Positions 10,446-20,874 of a DNA stretch of 64,000 bases are shown one piece after another. Position numbers and translations under genes: made by a program. The DNA is from an uncultured cyanobacterium (lineage in GTDB: Bacteria > Cyanobacteriota > Cyanobacteriia > Cyanobacteriales > CAWCAG01). Within the stretch, counting starts at the first letter, position 1. Each line of letters begins with the position of its first letter. Where the stretch lies: positions 224,001-288,000 of the forward strand of contig CAWDOD010000011.1 of NCBI GenBank assembly GCA_963803805.1, written 5' to 3'. The notes beneath the pieces are model-generated. The model was given only the letters and a program-made list of their open reading frames with translations, ran no database searches and was not told where the DNA came from.

Positions 10446-12786
10446 ATGCAAGTATCCTCAGCAACTCCAACATCTCAAGCTACCGAAATATTAGAAACAG
10501 TCACTCTTGAAGTAGCAGGAATGAAATGTGCTGGTTGTGTTAGTGCTGTAGAGCGACAATTAACCCAAAACCAGGGGGTAGCTTCTGCTTGGGTTAACTT
10601 AGTTACTCAGATGGCGGTGGTTAAATATGATGCTTCTGTGATTCAACCTGGAGACTTGGCAGGACAAACTCACCTCTAAAGGCTTTCCTAGCCAGATTCG
10701 TAATGCTCAAAATGAGACGTTTGAGACACAAAAAAACAAGCTTCAGGAAAAACAAAATCAAGAAAAACGCCAACAAATACAACAACTGGCGATCGCTGCT
10801 ATCTTACTCTTTTTCTCCGGTTTGGGTCATTTGGGGCATTGGGGAGGTCCCCACATCCCTATTTTAAGTAATATTTGGTTGCATTGGGCTTTGGCAACCT
10901 TAGCTTTGCTTTTTCCTGGTAGAGAAATTATCATTGATGGTGCAAGGGGTTTGTGGCAGAGAATCCCTAACATGAATACCTTAGTGGGTTTGGGAACCGT
11001 TAGCACTTACATTGCTAGCTGTGCGGCTTTGTTTTTTCCCCAATTGGGTTGGCAATGCTTTTTTGATGAACCTGTTATGTTATTGGGTTTCATCCTCTTA
11101 GGGAGAATCTTGGAACAAAGGGCAAGAGGAAGGGCAGCCTCCGCTTTGAGGGCTTTACTAACCTTGCAACCTCCCTTCGCTTACTTAGTGAGTGAACCCC
11201 ACACCACAACACAAAAAGGTATTACTATTCCCGTTGAGCAGGTAAAACAAGGAGACTTGGTAAAGGTTTTGCCAGGGGATAAGGTTCCAGTAGATGGGCG
11301 AATTGCGGCAGGAGAAACCACCGTTGATGAGGGAATGTTAACCGGGGAAGCTGCACCTGTATTTAAGCAAGTCGGAGAAGAAGTTGTGGCGGGGACAATT
11401 AACCGCTCAGGAAGGGTGATCCTTGAAACTATTCGTACCGGGAAAAATACTACCTTAGCCCAAATTATTAATTTGGTAGAATCAGCCCAAACCCGCAAAG
11501 CCCCCGTCCAAAAATTGGTAGATCAAGTAGCAGGATACTTTGCCTATGGGGTAATGGCCGTGGCGAGTTTAACCTTTCTATTTTGGTATTTTATTGGTAC
11601 TAATCTTTGGCCCCAAGTTTTAGCTATTACCGCCACTTCCCCGTTGTTATTAAGCTTAAAACTGGCGATCGCGGTTTTAGTAATTGCCTGTCCCTGTGCT
11701 TTAGGTTTAGCTACTCCCACAGCAATTTTGGTAGGAACAGGAATTGGGGCAGAAAAGGGCATTTTAATAAAAGGTGGTGATGTTTTAGAACGCATCAATC
11801 AGTTGGATAGCATCGTTTTTGATAAAACCGGTACTTTAACTCAAGGGCATCCCACCGTAACAGATTGTATTCCTTTAGCTTCAATCGGGGCAACGAATGT
11901 AGGGTCACTCTGTCCCTCCCCCCTACTGCAAATCGCCGCTTCAGCAGAAAGTGGTACTAATCATCCCCTCGCCACAGCAATTATGCAAGAAGCCCATTTA
12001 CAAGGGTTAAGCTTATTAGAAGCTGATAATTTCCATACTGAACCGGGACAGGGCATTACAGCAAAGGTAATCGGCAAACAAGTAGTATTGGGAAATCTTG
12101 CTTGGTTAGAAAGTCGAGGTATTCCTGTAGACTCGCAAGTAGAAGAGAAAGTCACCCCTTTAGCAAAAACAGGCAAAACCGTCGTCTACTGCGGTATAAA
12201 TGGCGAATTAGCGGGATTAATTGCCTTAAAAGACAAACTACGCCCCCAAGGGAAAGAAACTATCTCTAAGCTTTACCAAAGGGGTTTAGAGGTCATACTC
12301 TTAACAGGGGATCACCAAGGAGTTGCTGAGCAAGTAGCAACAGAACTCGGTATCACCCAAATCTTTGCTGGAGTCAAACCTGAGCAAAAAGCTGCCCTCA
12401 TTAAATCTCTACAAAAATCTCAAGTAGTTGCCATGGTTGGGGATGGCATTAATGATGCCCCTGCCTTAGCCCAAGCAGATGTGGGTATATCTTTGCAAGG
12501 AGGGACAGATGTAGCCATAGAAACCGCCGGAATCATCTTGATGCAAGAAAACTTACTTAATGTCGTCGAATCTTTGCGCCTTAGTTTAGCAACCTTAAAT
12601 AAAATTCGTCAAAACTTATTTTGGGCCCTTAGTTATAATACCTTCGCCATTCCCGTCGCCGCAGGTATTCTATTACCACATTGGGGTTTTGTCCTCAGCC
12701 CTGGGTTAGCCGGAGGTTTTATGGCTGGTAGTTCAGTGATAGTTGTGACAAATTCACTACTTTTACGCCGTTCTTTCTTAAGCTAG
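10446..12786 (+). pseudogene. ctaA: Cu(I)-transporting P1B-type ATPase CtaA, split by a one-base insertion at about 10662 (real lesion or sequencing error)
   Basis: The first ORF holds the HMA domain GMKCAGC; the second holds CPC, DKTGT, GDGINDAP, YN and MxxSS. Removing one G at 10662 restores DLA-DKLTSKGFPSQIR and an open frame of about 779 aa. Confidence 0.85.
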
Positions 12787-12976
12787 ATTTCATGACATTA
12801 CAAATTGACTACAATTATTAACTGTATAGAACTCAGTAGTGTACCTAGGCGTTCTTAAGGAAGAAAAGTATACTGTATTAAAATAAGGATGCTGTTTAGG
12901 GATAGCTTAATTGGCTCAATTGAGCTAAAAATAAAGTCATCTCTAATCAACCAACTAACTGCACGAGCAATTGCTA

Positions 12977-13444
12977 ATGGCTGTGAAATCGGCAAAACAA
13001 GATCGAGAACATTTATTTATCGTCGAAGACGACAAAGGGAAAAGAGAGGTTCTCTTAGATAAACCTGTCTATTCTATTGGTAGAGAAAAAAAGTGCGATA
13101 TTCGCCTTTACTCTAAGCTATATTCTTCCTCTATTTCTCGCCGCCACGCAACTTTGGTCAGAAAATCCCAAGAAGATGGCAGTATTTACTACCAAATTAT
13201 TGACGGCGACTCCAAAGGTAAAGTTAGTGTCAATGGATTAAGAATAAATGGCACTAAGCTGCAATCCCACAACTTAGCTAAGGGAGACGAAGTTGTCTTT
13301 GCGCCTCATGTACTAGCTGTTTATCAGTTAAGGGGAGATGTAGAACTACCTCGTCGTTCAGCACTACCCACCGCCCCTCCCAGCGACGATCCCTATGATA
13401 TTACTTTGATCGATCCATCTATGATGGATGGGGATGAAGAGTAG
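12977..13444 (+). CDS. FHA-domain protein
   Basis: SIGR...CDIRL...ISRRHA...S.NG...NG FHA motifs. Confidence 0.88.
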   Translation: MAVKSAKQDREHLFIVEDDKGKREVLLDKPVYSIGREKKCDIRLYSKLYSSSISRRHATLVRKSQEDGSIYYQIIDGDSKGKVSVNGLRINGTKLQSHNLAKGDEVVFAPHVLAVYQLRGDVELPRRSALPTAPPSDDPYDITLIDPSMMDGDEE

Positions 13445-13483
13445 TAACAGAGAGCCAAGAAAAGACTTATCCAAAAGTGAGAA

Positions 13484-13522
13484 GCTAATGGCTAGTTGCT
13501 AGTCGCTAGTTGCTAGTTGCTA
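13484..13522. repeat. Heptamer tandem repeat (GCTAGTT-like) x5
   Basis: gctaatg gctagtt gctagtc gctagtt gctagtt gcta, typical of cyanobacterial STRR repeats. Confidence 0.7.
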
Positions 13523-13656
13523 AAATCTTATACTTGGTGAGGAGATTTTATTTATTGGAGTTCTCTAAGTTGTCATGTATTTAAGATTGGTATACCAAAG
13601 GAAGAAAGCCGGGATTGGGGAGTAGGGAGCAAAAGAAGAGTTACAGCTTATTCCCC

Positions 13657-13827
13657 TTAATCTGCTTCAACGTCGGTGATATCTTCTTGGGGGCTTTCTA
13701 TTTCCTCTTTGAAACCCCTTAAAGTTTTGCCTAAAGCCCCCCCTAGTTCAGGAATCTTTTTGGGGCCAAAGATAAGCAATGCAGCAAATCCAATTAAAGC
13801 AATTTCCGGCCAGCCTAAACCAAACAT
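13657..13827 (-). CDS. tatA: Twin-arginine translocase subunit TatA/E (56 aa, below the ORF-track cutoff)
   Basis: Hand translation MFGLGWPEIALIGFAALLIFGPKKIPELGGALGKTLRGFKEEIESPQEDITDVEAD, with the FGPKKxPExG signature. Confidence 0.93.
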   Translation of the reverse strand: MFGLGWPEIALIGFAALLIFGPKKIPELGGALGKTLRGFKEEIESPQEDITDVEAD

Positions 13828-14001
13828 AAATTTACTAGTTATTTAGTTATTTAGTATTAAGCCTGCAACAAAGGCAAGCTGTAAAGTTATTGTAACTTCT
13901 ATGTATCAAAAATTAATTTATTTTTGCTCACCAAAAATAAATGTAAATCCGCGATCGCCTACAGGATAATAACTGGCAAATATTTTAGTTAAGTTTAATT
14001 A

Positions 14002-14622
14002 ATGAATTCATCAATTCAGATGCAAGCTGTTGTAGAAGCGCCTTATTACAAAGATGAATTTCTTTGTCCTTGGGCAGTTCAAAAATTCAAGCCGTTTTCA
14101 ATGATCCGTTTATGGGGAGAAATGACAAATCCAGAAATTGGGTTAATTTTTGCTCAACTAGCTAAATACAACGGCATAGAAATTACTAACGACAAACAAG
14201 CAGTTTTAGAGCAAATCATAGAAGCAGAAAACTTAATTTTGCCAGGTGGAATACAAACTGTATCTGAGGATCAAGTTATTCCTCCAAGTTGTTGTTGCGG
14301 ACTAGAAACATGGCGGGAATGGAGAGACTTTCTCAAAACTGGTGATTCACCTTGGTTAGGGCATGATCCAAGTCCATGGCTTGAAAGTAAAGATGATGTT
14401 ATTCTTATTTGGTCAGATGGCGGTATGATGCCAGTCAAAAATGCCTTTCATATTGATGCTTCACAGTCTGATTTTGAGCAGGCATTAAAGCTTGTAGAAC
14501 AGGATCTTCAGGAATTTCTGTTTTCTATTGAGAGTTGGGCGCGAGATATTAGCTTTGCCAGAGCGAAAGAGTTATTTCATAAATTTGATGAGTGTTTTAA
14601 TGTTAGAAAGCAGTATGCGTAA
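14002..14622 (+). CDS. Hypothetical protein (PSCCCGLExWxEW, WLGHDP motifs)
   Basis: 206-aa ORF of normal composition; function not recognised. Confidence 0.75.
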   Translation: MNSSIQMQAVVEAPYYKDEFLCPWAVQKFKPFSMIRLWGEMTNPEIGLIFAQLAKYNGIEITNDKQAVLEQIIEAENLILPGGIQTVSEDQVIPPSCCCGLETWREWRDFLKTGDSPWLGHDPSPWLESKDDVILIWSDGGMMPVKNAFHIDASQSDFEQALKLVEQDLQEFLFSIESWARDISFARAKELFHKFDECFNVRKQYA

Positions 14623-14722
14623 GTTTGAAGCATCATAAATAATCACGCGCCGTAAACGAACGAATACTCTCTCCTAACCGCAGATGCTTGTATAGCAATG
14701 ATTCTATGAAACCAAGCTGGTA

Positions 14723-15292
14723 TCAGAGCAAGTCATCGTATGATTTAAGCTCTACTACAGTTTGAGCTAAACCTTGCTTTTCGTAAACGGCAAGCAATTC
14801 TTCAATACTTTTAGGTGGATTTTTCAAACTCTTTCGTTGACGTTTCGCAGCTTCACAAACCGTTAAAGGAGCTAAATTAATCAAATGAGTTATGAACTCA
14901 TCGGGATGTTGGGCCTCAATACCATACTGTTTGAGAGTTGCCGTCGGAAAATCTGATAAGTTATAGGTAACAATCACATCAGCCCCCACACAGATTGAAG
15001 CTGCCAAAACATGACGATCATTTTCATCTGGTAAGGTAAGACAGGGGATAATATCTTCATAGCCAGAAACCAAACAGTCGCGAACATTACTGTTCATCAA
15101 CTCTCTTGTACGTTGTAAACTTTCCCTCGTCAGATCGGGTCTGTTTTTTAAAACATTCCGAGTCCATTCGTCATGAATTTCTTCAGTCCACTTAGCACGA
15201 AACAAATCTGTTATTGCTAAGTGCATTAAAAAGTCGCGTAAAGGGGCAGGGTAAAGGACACAGGCATCAAACATTGCCGTGAAGTTACTCAC
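14723..15292 (-). CDS. PIN-domain protein (putative VapC-like toxin)
   Basis: N-terminal FDACVLYP, LPDENDRHVLAA, VIVTYNLSDFP, HPDEF motifs. Confidence 0.9.
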   Translation of the reverse strand: MSNFTAMFDACVLYPAPLRDFLMHLAITDLFRAKWTEEIHDEWTRNVLKNRPDLTRESLQRTRELMNSNVRDCLVSGYEDIIPCLTLPDENDRHVLAASICVGADVIVTYNLSDFPTATLKQYGIEAQHPDEFITHLINLAPLTVCEAAKRQRKSLKNPPKSIEELLAVYEKQGLAQTVVELKSYDDLL

Positions 15293-15295
15293 AAA

Positions 15296-15775
15296 TCAAT
15301 ATCCCATGTTTAACTCTTGTGCCTCTTGTGCAAGCTCTTCGAGAGCTTTAGTTCTCTGTTTGTCTATGTCTTGTTTGTAAGCCATGAGATCATCAAAGCG
15401 GATACGGCGATGGGTTCCAACTTTGCGATATGGAATCTTGTCATTGTCAATTAGCCCGATTAAAAAGGGACGGGAGACATTTAAAATATCTGCTGCTTGT
15501 TGAGTTGTTAACTCCGCGTGTACAGGTATTAAGGTAACTGCGTTACCACGAGCCATTTGCGTCAGAATATCAGTTAAAAGATGAAGTGCAGATACCGGAA
15601 TAGCAACGACCTCTTCTACCTTATTGTCTTTCTGTATACACAGTTTAAAGTCCTCTTTCTGACTTCCAGCAGGATATTCACTGACAAATCTTGATAGCTG
15701 ACTACTGGACTCTCGCGCAAGCCTCTGATCTGAAGCAGTCGGTACAATCGTTTCTTGGCAATCAGCGATTCCCAT
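15296..15775 (-). CDS. Excisionase-family helix-turn-helix DNA-binding protein (putative antitoxin partner of the PIN gene)
   Basis: [21 protein letters not shown]...[12 protein letters not shown]; 3-bp gap to the PIN gene. Confidence 0.9.
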   Translation of the reverse strand: MGIADCQETIVPTASDQRLARESSSQLSRFVSEYPAGSQKEDFKLCIQKDNKVEEVVAIPVSALHLLTDILTQMARGNAVTLIPVHAELTTQQAADILNVSRPFLIGLIDNDKIPYRKVGTHRRIRFDDLMAYKQDIDKQRTKALEELAQEAQELNMGY

Positions 15776-15954
15776 AACCATTGCTTTTAACCTACACTCT
15801 TGATTAACTATTACTTATAGTAATCCGTAAACGAAATAAACGCAATGAGTGTAACAAACAGAATATTTGTATCAATAGAGAAAGCTGATCTTGCTTTCAA
15901 GTTACATCCGAAGGCACAATAATCTTGACAACTAAAACCTAGATAACATAAACC

Positions 15955-16866
15955 ATGACTACAAGTGCAACTCCTGGTTTAGCTTCCCGTTTGGTCAATG
16001 GAGTACTGGCGGTTAAGCCCTTAGCTAATTTGGCCAAATATCAAGCCCGTAAAATGATGATGGATCGGGCTGAGGCTATGGGTGTTCCTTGGCGGAGTGA
16101 GGTGGAGAAGTTGCGCAGTTATGATTGGGACTCGGAATTAGTAGAAGTTGAAGATCCTCAATTAACCTATCCTGAATATTATTTACGCTCTTTCCATGCC
16201 TATGAAAAGGGGAATTTGAGTTGGGATGCGGCTTTAGAAGTAGAGTTTGCTGCCTATGCTGTTCATGCCAAAATTTGGCCCGATGCGGGGGTAAATGGAG
16301 ATGCTATGTTGCGGCGGAGTTATCATAACTTGGTGAAGGAACAAGTTTCGGGTGAACCGGAAGCTATTTTAGATATTGGTTGTAGTGTGGGGATGAGTAG
16401 TTTTGCATTACAAGAGGTTTATCCCCAAGCCCAAATAACCGGATTAGATTTGTCTCCTTATTTCCTGACAGTGGCTCAAAACCGTGCTAAGGAGAAAAAT
16501 TTAACTATCAACTGGAAACACGCCGCAGCCGAGAATACGGGTTTGCCTGATGAAGCTTTTGATTTGGTATCGGTATGCTTGGTATTCCACGAATTACCCC
16601 AACAAGCAACCAAAGAAATTTTGTCAGAAATTAAGCGCATTTTAAAGCCAGGAGGTTATTTTACCTTTATGGATATGAACCCGCGATCGCCGATTTATGG
16701 GAAAATGCCTCCTTACATTTTGACTTTGCTCAAAAGTACAGAACCTTATTTAGATCAATATTTTGATTTAGATATAGCTAAAGCGATCACAGAAGCAGGT
16801 TTTGCTGAACCAACTATCACTCCTAATAGTCCCCGACATCGTACGGTTGTGGCTCAAAAAGTATAA
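15955..16866 (+). CDS. Class I SAM-dependent methyltransferase
   Basis: ILDIGCSVG motif I, GLDLSP, FHELP...RILKPGG. Confidence 0.9.
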   Translation: MTTSATPGLASRLVNGVLAVKPLANLAKYQARKMMMDRAEAMGVPWRSEVEKLRSYDWDSELVEVEDPQLTYPEYYLRSFHAYEKGNLSWDAALEVEFAAYAVHAKIWPDAGVNGDAMLRRSYHNLVKEQVSGEPEAILDIGCSVGMSSFALQEVYPQAQITGLDLSPYFLTVAQNRAKEKNLTINWKHAAAENTGLPDEAFDLVSVCLVFHELPQQATKEILSEIKRILKPGGYFTFMDMNPRSPIYGKMPPYILTLLKSTEPYLDQYFDLDIAKAITEAGFAEPTITPNSPRHRTVVAQKV

Positions 16867-16910
16867 ATGGCTAATGGCTAACTACTAACTGCTAAGTGTT
16901 AACTGAAAAT

Positions 16911-17327
16911 ATGCACCATCAAAAAGTACTCAAAATTAAAACCACTGGCAAATCCTTACATAAAATCACCCGTGATATAGACTCTGTTGTCGCTAACTCC
17001 GGGGTAGATACAGGTTTATGTACAGTTTTTGTTCGTCATACCTCTGCTAGCTTAGTCATTCAAGAAAACGCAGATCCCGATGTTCTCACAGATTTAGCTA
17101 ACTTCTTCGCCAAACTTGTACCTGAAGATGGCAGAAGTTACATCCACAGTGCCGAAGGTGCTGATGATATGCCAGCCCACATTCGTTCCGCCCTTACCCA
17201 AACCTCAGAACAAATCCCCATTTCTCGTGGCAGATTGGTATTAGGTACTTGGCAAGGTATTTATCTTTGGGAACATCGCCAACGTAATCACCATAGAGAA
17301 GTTGTGGTTCATGTTAGTGGTGAGTAA
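16911..17327 (+). CDS. yjbQ: YjbQ/UPF0047 family protein
   Basis: HTSASL..QENADPDV, DDMPAHIR, LGTWQGIYL.E. Confidence 0.92.
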   Translation: MHHQKVLKIKTTGKSLHKITRDIDSVVANSGVDTGLCTVFVRHTSASLVIQENADPDVLTDLANFFAKLVPEDGRSYIHSAEGADDMPAHIRSALTQTSEQIPISRGRLVLGTWQGIYLWEHRQRNHHREVVVHVSGE

Positions 17328-17448
17328 TTCTTCATCTCTCTCCCTTTACCCCTTCCCTGTATTAAGCTGTGTAGCAATATGTTCGTTTCCTCCAAAGCCT
17401 TAACTAAAATTAGGATTAGCAACCTTAAGTAAGTACTGGGAGGAACAA

Positions 17449-17718
17449 ATGCTTATAGTTATCACTGAAAAACAGATACTTTCTCCTCAGCAAGTTTGTG
17501 GTGACTGTTTGCTTGCTAGTAAGAAAGGCTTACCTCGCTGGGATAAAGGTAAATTAGGTTGTAGTCGCAACCAGATTAAGGAAGCTAAAAATCTAAAAAC
17601 TTCCCTGGAGAGTAACGCTTTTCAAGAAGTAGCATCGGAGGTATACGAATGTCAGATGGGATTTTGCATCGCTAACATTGAGAGTACTAGAAGACTGGGA
17701 GACTCAGAGACTAGGTAA
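17449..17718 (+). CDS. Small Cys-containing hypothetical protein
   Basis: GGAGG RBS; CxxC...C...YECQMGF. Confidence 0.7.
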   Translation: MLIVITEKQILSPQQVCGDCLLASKKGLPRWDKGKLGCSRNQIKEAKNLKTSLESNAFQEVASEVYECQMGFCIANIESTRRLGDSETR

Positions 17719-17795
17719 GGTAATTATCAATTGTATTTTGAGCTTTATCTATAATAGAGAAACTATTGACTCTAAGTTTCTCAGGAGAGAAGGCG

Positions 17796-18281
17796 ATGAA
17801 TTGGCGCGGTTCTACGGATATTAAAGATAAAATTTTTTCTGTTTTGGTATATTTATTCCCTTTATATTACTTGCTACCCTTTGGAAGATATATAGGACGG
17901 CAGTTTCCTGGGTTATTAGAGATAATTAGTATTCCTCTTATTCCTGTTGCCATAATCTATAACCTTTTAGGAATGTTCGCTGGAATTATTATTTTCTTTG
18001 TTCTATTCCTTGCTGTGGTGAGGAATCCTCGCATTAGCCATTTTATTCGCTACAACACAATGCAAGCGATTTTGATTGATATTTTGTTAACTTTGCTCAG
18101 TATAGTCTTGGACACTATCTTGAGTCCTATAATTGGCACTGGTTTAATTGCAGAAACACTTTTCAATACAGTATTCTTAGGGGTTTTGGCTATTTGCGCC
18201 TATTCTATGGTTCAGTCTTTGTTAGGTAAGTATGCAGAAATTCCTCAGCTTTCCGAAGCAGTTTATAGTCAAGTACGTTAA
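17796..18281 (+). CDS. ycf60: Tic20/Ycf60 family membrane protein
   Basis: VVRNPRISHFIRYNTMQAILIDI and YAEIP.LSEAV..QV motifs. Confidence 0.9.
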   Translation: MNWRGSTDIKDKIFSVLVYLFPLYYLLPFGRYIGRQFPGLLEIISIPLIPVAIIYNLLGMFAGIIIFFVLFLAVVRNPRISHFIRYNTMQAILIDILLTLLSIVLDTILSPIIGTGLIAETLFNTVFLGVLAICAYSMVQSLLGKYAEIPQLSEAVYSQVR

Positions 18282-18294
18282 TTGTCTCATTTTT

Positions 18295-18936
18295 ATGGAT
18301 GATCACTCTTGGCTAAAGTTACTGCAACGATACCGGGCGATCGCAGTTATTCGTTCTCCCCAACAATCTTTAGGCTTGAAAATGGCTCAAGCTGTTGCTG
18401 CTGCGGGAATAAGGTTAATTGAGATAACGTGGAATAGTGCTAATCCTGGTAGCCTGATTACTCAATTGCAATCCCAACTACCAGGTTGCATTATTGGTGC
18501 AGGAACAATTTTAAATAAGTGCCAACTTACTGAAGCGATCGCCGCAAAAGCACAGTTTCTCTTTTCTCCTCACACCAACCCTTTATTAATTCAAGCTGCT
18601 GTAGCTGTGGGGACTCCTATCGTACCAGGGGCTTTATCTCCTACCGAAATTGTTACCGCTTGGCAAGCAGGGGCAAGTTGCGTTAAAATTTTCCCTTGCC
18701 AAGCTGTGGGAGGGGCAAACTATATTAAAAGCTTGCAAGGGCCTTTAGGTCAAATTCCTTTAATTCCTACCGGAGGGATTACTTTAAACAACGCCTCGGA
18801 GTTTTTAGCTGCTGGGGCGATCGCCGTCGGGCTTTCTAGTCAGTTATTTCCTCAAGAATTAATAGTAGCAGAAGATTGGCAAGGTATTACTAAAAGGGCT
18901 AAGTTGTTGCAGGAGAAGTTGTTGATTAATTGTTAG
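18295..18936 (+). CDS. eda: KDPG/KHG aldolase
   Basis: IEIT, IGAGT, SP, PGALSPTEI, VKIFP, IPTGG motifs. Confidence 0.92.
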   Translation: MDDHSWLKLLQRYRAIAVIRSPQQSLGLKMAQAVAAAGIRLIEITWNSANPGSLITQLQSQLPGCIIGAGTILNKCQLTEAIAAKAQFLFSPHTNPLLIQAAVAVGTPIVPGALSPTEIVTAWQAGASCVKIFPCQAVGGANYIKSLQGPLGQIPLIPTGGITLNNASEFLAAGAIAVGLSSQLFPQELIVAEDWQGITKRAKLLQEKLLINC

Positions 18937-20194
18937 GTTGAGGAGATTTTACTTCGGGTATTGCTGGTTGTGCTGGTAAAGATTGTGTTATTTCTAAAGC
19001 TTGAGCTAATAATTCTGATGCTTGTTCAGGTTTTCCTGCTTCAATTAAGTTTTCGGCAATTTCAATTAAGGCATCAGCTTTGTTATTAGAATCACGATAT
19101 TGCAAACCTTGAATTATTGCTATTGCTTGCTCATATTTTTCTTGCTGGACTAGTTTCATTGCCACTGTACGTAAGGTATTATTTTTTATGAAAGGCTCTT
19201 CAATAATATCAGCAACTTGCGAAGCTGAATCGTATTTTTCTGTTTCTAGTAATAAGGAAGATAATTCACTAAAAGCTTTGGAGCGAGTACAGAAATCTTC
19301 TATATTTTGAACTGTACCGATAGCGAGAATAGCTTCTCCTTGATTGATATATTTGTGAGCAATGTTAGCAATAATAATACTTTGACTTTTTTCACTATAA
19401 GCATTTTCTTTTCTCAGTCTTTCTGCAATCTCCATAGCCTGTTCAAATTGACCAAGAGAAGCTAAATTAATACCTATTTGCACGAGAGTATTGTCTCTAA
19501 CTTCTTTATCTAAACTTGCAGCAATAGTTAAAGCTTCTTCTTGTTTACCAACAATAACTAGTTGAGAAGCTAGCTGAGAAAGCAAATCTTCTTTTAAAAT
19601 CTGTCCTTCTAGCTTTCTAATAGTTTGTGAGGCTAGGGAAAGAATCTCAGAAGCTAGCTTTGTTTCTTCTACTTCTAAGTAAGAATCCGCTGCTTGTAAA
19701 TAAATTTTAGCAATATCGTAAAAATACGTCTGTTCAGAAAAGTCATCTTGATCGCTTCCAACTATGCTTTCAACTATTATGTTTAAAGCTTGAGAAGCAG
19801 CATCAACAGCTAATTTCTGTTCTCCCTTTTGAAGATAAGATTCTGCTAAAGTAACAAGTGTATCTACTTTGAGAGTTTTCGGTTTAATTAATTCAAGAGC
19901 CTTCGCTGCTTGTTCATAATCACCAATTGAAGCATATTGTTTTGCTATATCGCTCAAATGTACTTCTTGTAGAGTATAAAGGTAGAATGGAAAGCGATGC
20001 TGAGGAATAAAACGTGAGGTAGAAAAATTCTGTGGAGGAATGACACAGAATCTTGACAAAGGAATGGGATTACCAGGAAGACTATTACCATTTTCCTCAG
20101 ATGTTATCTCTGTTTCACTTAAAACTCTCTGAGACACTGTTAAAGCAGTCGAAAAAGAAATAAGAACAGCAAGAAAGATTCTAAATATTTGCAT
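18926..20194 (-). CDS. Secreted TPR-like helical repeat protein
   Basis: Signal peptide followed by repeated helical units (A..G.YEQA..I). Confidence 0.8.
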   Translation of the reverse strand: MQIFRIFLAVLISFSTALTVSQRVLSETEITSEENGNSLPGNPIPLSRFCVIPPQNFSTSRFIPQHRFPFYLYTLQEVHLSDIAKQYASIGDYEQAAKALELIKPKTLKVDTLVTLAESYLQKGEQKLAVDAASQALNIIVESIVGSDQDDFSEQTYFYDIAKIYLQAADSYLEVEETKLASEILSLASQTIRKLEGQILKEDLLSQLASQLVIVGKQEEALTIAASLDKEVRDNTLVQIGINLASLGQFEQAMEIAERLRKENAYSEKSQSIIIANIAHKYINQGEAILAIGTVQNIEDFCTRSKAFSELSSLLLETEKYDSASQVADIIEEPFIKNNTLRTVAMKLVQQEKYEQAIAIIQGLQYRDSNNKADALIEIAENLIEAGKPEQASELLAQALEITQSLPAQPAIPEVKSPQPNN

Positions 20195-20294
20195 AGTTTC
20201 TTGTTCATGTAATAAGACTTAAAAGCATAAAAAGTATAATATAAATCGATAGCTAGGACTGAATATTTAGGTTTTGATCAGAGCAAACTTAAGG

Positions 20295-20804
20295 ATGAAA
20301 GTATTCAATAGCCAAAGATTATTAACTAATTTAGCTGCCAGTTGCTTATTAGCATTAGCCGCATTGGGTGCAGATTTAGGTGTTAACCCCGCAACAGCAA
20401 AAGATTTACGTACAAGCATAATCGAAAAAGTTGATACCCTACAAACTTCTGGACAACGTTGGATTGAAATTAATCTCTCAACGCAGAGATTAGTTGCTTG
20501 GCAAGGGAACTCCCCTGTGTATGCAGTGATTGTCTCCACTGGCAAACCAGCAACTCCAACCCATCCTGGTATCTTTGCTATACAACGTAAATCCTCAAAG
20601 GAGAGGATGCGAGGTGCAAATTACGACATTCCCAATGTACCTCATGCCATGTATTACTATGGTGGTTATGCAATTCACGGAGCCTATTGGCATCACAATT
20701 TTGGTACTCCAGTCAGTCATGGTTGCACTAACCTTGCTCCCGATCATGCCAAATGGTTATACAATTGGGCCTCTGTAGGAACTGCTGTGATTATTCATCA
20801 TTAA
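20295..20804 (+). CDS. L,D-transpeptidase (YkuD family)
   Basis: VSTGK..TPT, AIHG...SHGC catalytic motif. Confidence 0.92.
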   Translation: MKVFNSQRLLTNLAASCLLALAALGADLGVNPATAKDLRTSIIEKVDTLQTSGQRWIEINLSTQRLVAWQGNSPVYAVIVSTGKPATPTHPGIFAIQRKSSKERMRGANYDIPNVPHAMYYYGGYAIHGAYWHHNFGTPVSHGCTNLAPDHAKWLYNWASVGTAVIIHH

Positions 20805-20874
20805 ATGAAGGGAGCAGGGAGCAGGAAGTAGGAAGTAAAGGTAAAAGTGATAACTGTTTACTTATTACTTATAC

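Noticed and set aside
13987-14700. Integron-cassette signature around the 14002-14622 gene (GTTAAGT upstream)
   Set aside because: No complementary inverse core or attC hairpin after the stop
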